A stretch of DNA of 64,000 bases, from assembly GCA_964586045.1 (NCBI GenBank), contig CAZPFY010000001.1, positions 154 through 64,153 on the forward strand, written 5' to 3'. Every line of letters starts with the position of its first letter. Position 1 is the stretch's first letter. Below, one piece after another: positions 61,204 to 64,000 of this stretch. The DNA is from an uncultured Pseudomonadales bacterium. GTDB taxonomy: Bacteria; Patescibacteriota; Microgenomatia; UBA1400; MFAQ01. A program made the position numbers and the translations under genes. The notes under the pieces were generated by a model. The model had not been told where the DNA came from. It made no database searches and worked only from the letters and a program-made list of their open reading frames with translations.

Positions 61204-62838
61204 TTGAGATACAATAAAATCATGTTGGCACGAATTGAGAGCGTGGCTTGTGTGGGACTAGAGAGTTTTTTGGTGGAGGTAGAAGTGGATGTGGCGGAGA
61301 AGGGCTTCCCCGGGTTTAGTATTGTGGGGCTGGCTGACAAAGCGGTGGGTGAGGCAAAAGAGAGAGTAAAAACAGCCTTGATTAATAGTGGTTTTGAGTT
61401 TCCACAGAAGAAAATAATCGTCAATTTGGCACCGGCCGATCTGCCTAAGGAGGGATCGGCGTTTGATTTGGCGATTGCTATGGGGATTTTGGTGGCTAAT
61501 GGGGATATCGAGATAAAAACTCAAAAAATCGAAAACTCAAAAACTCAAAATATCGCTCAAAACTCGGAGATTGCTTCGGTTCGGAATACCGAAACTCGCA
61601 ATGACGACGTGGAAAGTAGCGATATATTTTTTGGGGAGTTGTCGCTCGATGGGAGTTTGCGACACACCAAAGGGGCACTTTTGGTAGCTCTTTTTGCCAA
61701 AAAAGAGAAGAGGAGGAGAGTGTTTGTGCCGGTATTGTCGGCGAATGAGGCGGCGGTAGTGCCTGGAGTAGAGGTAATGCCGGTGAGGAACTTAAAAGAA
61801 CTAATAGTTCACTTTTTGGGAGATAAGAAGATAAAACCTCTGAGAACAATTGAAATAAAAAGCTTGGTGGAAACGGCGATGCCAGACTTTGACATGGCGG
61901 ATATTGTAGGCCAGGAATCGGCGAAGCGAGCCTTGATGGTAGCGGCGGCTGGGGGACACAATATGCTCATGTCTGGGCCACCAGGATCGGGTAAAACCAT
62001 GCTCTCCAGGGCTTTACCTGGAATAATGCCCCCGATGACCGAGGAGGAGAGTATGGAGGTTACTAGGGTTTACTCGGCTTCGGGATTGATGGAAGCGGGA
62101 GAAGCGATTGTGCGCAGAAGGCCATTTCGGTCGCCTCATCACTCGACGAGCCTTGCTGGCTTAATAGGAGGTGGCAGTAGGCCTATGCCTGGGGAAGTGA
62201 GCCTCGCTCACTTGGGGGTATTGTTTTTGGATGAGATGGCGGAGTTTCCCCGGAGCGTGTTGGAGGCCATGAGGCAACCAATGGAGGATGGGAAGGTGGA
62301 GATATCAAGAGTAGCCGGGAGAATTAGCTATCCTGCGTATTTTCAGCTCATTGCTGCGGTGAACCCGTGCCCTTGTGGCTATTTGGGGCACCCAACTAAA
62401 GAATGTAAGTGTACGAGTAGAGAGGTTGAGAAGTATAAAAGAAGGATAAGTGGGCCTATTTTGGATAGAATAGATTTGCATATCAATGTCCCGGCGGTGG
62501 AGACAGAAAAGATCGTGGGGAATGTAGAAAAGGGAGAAAGCTCTCTGGTGATTAGACAAAAAATTGTCAAAGCGCGACAAATTCAAAGCACAAGGTTTGG
62601 TAAAGGGAAAATTTATTGCAATGCCCAGATGAAAAACAAGCAAGTGAAGGAGTTTTGCGATCTGGATGAGGAGGGGTTAAAAATCCTGAAATTAGCCATG
62701 GAAAAGTACGATCTGTCGGCCAGGGGCTACTTTCGGATTTTAAAGGTGGCCAGGACGATAGCGGATTTGGAGAATAGTGAGAAGATTTTGAGCTCGCATT
62801 TGGGGGAGGCGCTGCAGTACCGGGAGAGGGTGTTTTAG
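61204..62838 (+). CDS. comM: YifB/ComM-family Mg-chelatase-like AAA+ ATPase with an in-frame heptamer-tract plus repeat-element insertion
   Basis: N-terminal Lon-like ChlI domain. Walker A is MLMSGPPGSGKTM. The insertion IEIKTQKIENSKTQNIAQNSEIASVRNTETRNDDVESS lies between the ILVANGDI and FFGELSLDG motifs, which are normally about 10 aa apart. Confidence 0.9.
   Translation: MRYNKIMLARIESVACVGLESFLVEVEVDVAEKGFPGFSIVGLADKAVGEAKERVKTALINSGFEFPQKKIIVNLAPADLPKEGSAFDLAIAMGILVANGDIEIKTQKIENSKTQNIAQNSEIASVRNTETRNDDVESSDIFFGELSLDGSLRHTKGALLVALFAKKEKRRRVFVPVLSANEAAVVPGVEVMPVRNLKELIVHFLGDKKIKPLRTIEIKSLVETAMPDFDMADIVGQESAKRALMVAAAGGHNMLMSGPPGSGKTMLSRALPGIMPPMTEEESMEVTRVYSASGLMEAGEAIVRRRPFRSPHHSTSLAGLIGGGSRPMPGEVSLAHLGVLFLDEMAEFPRSVLEAMRQPMEDGKVEISRVAGRISYPAYFQLIAAVNPCPCGYLGHPTKECKCTSREVEKYKRRISGPILDRIDLHINVPAVETEKIVGNVEKGESSLVIRQKIVKARQIQSTRFGKGKIYCNAQMKNKQVKEFCDLDEEGLKILKLAMEKYDLSARGYFRILKVARTIADLENSEKILSSHLGEALQYRERVF
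61515..61553. repeat. AAAACTC-type heptamer tract inside comM, immediately upstream of the repeat-element copy
   Basis: AAAAACTCAAAAAATCGAAAACTCAAAAACTCAAAAT, translated as KTQKIENSKTQN. Confidence 0.75.
61563..61605. mobile_element. MITE/RPE-like repeat, right-half copy inside comM (in frame)
   Basis: CTCGGAGATTGCTTCGGTTCGGAATACCGAAACTCGCAATGACG, identical over 43 nt to the 59562..59604 part of the intergenic copy. Translated as SEIASVRNTETRND. Confidence 0.7.
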
Positions 62839-62840
62839 TT

Positions 62841-62967
62841 CGTCATTGCGAATCTCGTACTCGAGCTGTGGCAATCTCCGAGGTTGAGTGAAATTTAGCA
62901 GGCGGGGATTGCTTCGTCGTTTTGCTCTCCCGAGTAGATACTCGGGATCCTAGACTCGCAATGACGG
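62841..62967. mobile_element. MITE/RPE-like palindromic repeat element, complete copy (CGTCATTGCGA ... TCGCAATGACGG)
   Basis: About 127 bp with terminal inverted repeats. The internal GGGGATTGCTTCGTCGTTT segment is shared with the 4399..4452 copy. It is intergenic, downstream of comM. Confidence 0.7.
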
Positions 62968-64000
62968 GTATTGTGATAAAATACAGCCTATATTGTGCTT
63001 TTTGACAATTTAATCTTTTTTGGAGGCGAAATGGAAGATTGGTCTGGTTTGTTGTTTTACAAAACGGTCTTGAATGAGTGGCTGGCCATTGATTTTAGGG
63101 AACCCGAGTACGAGGTTTACTATAGCCCCGATGGTGTCAGGTTTTTGCAGCTTTATGTTGGTGGTTACAGTAGCAACAATGGGGTGATGACTAGTTACAG
63201 CGTTACCAATCCACACCCTGGTTGTGAATGGGAAGGTAAAATTGTTAGACAGGATGGTGGCTTTGTTTTGAGTATTCCACAATCTTGCAGTTTGCCTTAT
63301 TTCCTGTTGAGTGAGCCGCCGGAGTTGGGGTACGAGTTTTTTTCCAAGCCGGTAGTTATGCAATTGATGGAAGTTTTTACTTTGCCAAATGGTTTGTGTG
63401 TACTTTGGACTCAGTCCAAATATGATCGTCCGTATACTGATGTTCACTTGTACTTTGGGAAAGCTGAGAGTCTAAATGAATTCAAGGTAGAAAAGGTAAG
63501 CGCAGGTGGTATTCATACGGCGATTGGCGTTTTGGAGTTTGGCTTGCGCCGATTTGGTGGCTACACCTTGACAAAGCTAAACGAAAAAAGGTTTGAGCTC
63601 AAAATTGATGGTTTAAAAATCAGTTTGGTGAGTAAAGAGTAAAGGAGAAGAGGAAATGGGAGATAAACCCGAGAATTTGTTGTACTACAAATCATATTTG
63701 GGTCAGTGGATTGTTTTGAATTCTGACAAGTTGACGAGTGAGGCCTGGTGGAGTCCCGACGGAATTACTTTTTATCAACTGGAATCGACTGGTTGGGGAA
63801 ATGGTATTATGTCAGTTAAACATCCACTAGATATGTGGAAAGGCGAGATTGGGGTTGAGAAATGGGATAAGGGTGAGTTGACTTTTGGAATAAACCATTC
63901 TGTACATGGTAGACCAATTTATCGGTCTCAGCCAGTTCCTAACCAGCCAACTATTTTTATTCCGTTACCAAAAACGCGTAAGGTTTATGCAATGTACCAG

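Overview
This is a low-GC (roughly 38-40% by eye) bacterial chromosomal segment. The gene content points to a small-genome, possibly CPR/Patescibacteria-like organism; that placement is inference only. Evidence for it: natural-competence genes (comEA, a split comEC, dprA, comM/yifB), a type IV pilin, two giant (3445 and 3281 aa) envelope proteins, many secreted or membrane-anchored hypothetical proteins, and no recognizable biosynthetic operons. Confident housekeeping calls are rho, obg, an M16 zinc peptidase, a LysM-M23 peptidase, a histidine phosphatase, tRNA-Ala(GGC), and several intrinsic terminators. Six observations stand out. (1) A family of short palindromic MITE/RPE-like repeats bounded by CGTCATTGCGA...TCGCAATGACG. 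Two complete copies are intergenic. At least seven partial copies sit inside ORFs with the reading frame preserved: four in a DUF4012-like gene, one each in an FkbM-like methyltransferase gene and in comM/yifB, and one more upstream of rho. Intragenic copies are often adjacent to AAAACTC heptamer tracts. (2) A six-gene minus-strand surface locus with two paralogous pairs, each a secreted beta-rich protein plus a DUF916/DUF3324-like membrane-anchored protein. The layout resembles WxL-type surface loci. (3) Two giant proteins with unusual domain combinations: an FHA-like domain and a C-terminal Cys/His (CHAP/NlpC-like) module in one, and tandem integrase core-binding-like N-terminal domains in the other. 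(4) A GC-elevated, highly structured ~1.3-kb non-coding region (about 44.9-46.2 kb) containing a recurring ~35-bp motif that reappears at about 50.4 kb. The motif copies flank a higher-GC gene block of two RmlC-like cupins, a HAD hydrolase, a ParB-like protein and a hypothetical. (5) One intact and one degraded RHH/RelE-like toxin-antitoxin pair. (6) A small Zn-ribbon gene carrying a 17-bp in-frame tandem repeat. No CRISPR array, rRNA or obvious prophage was found.
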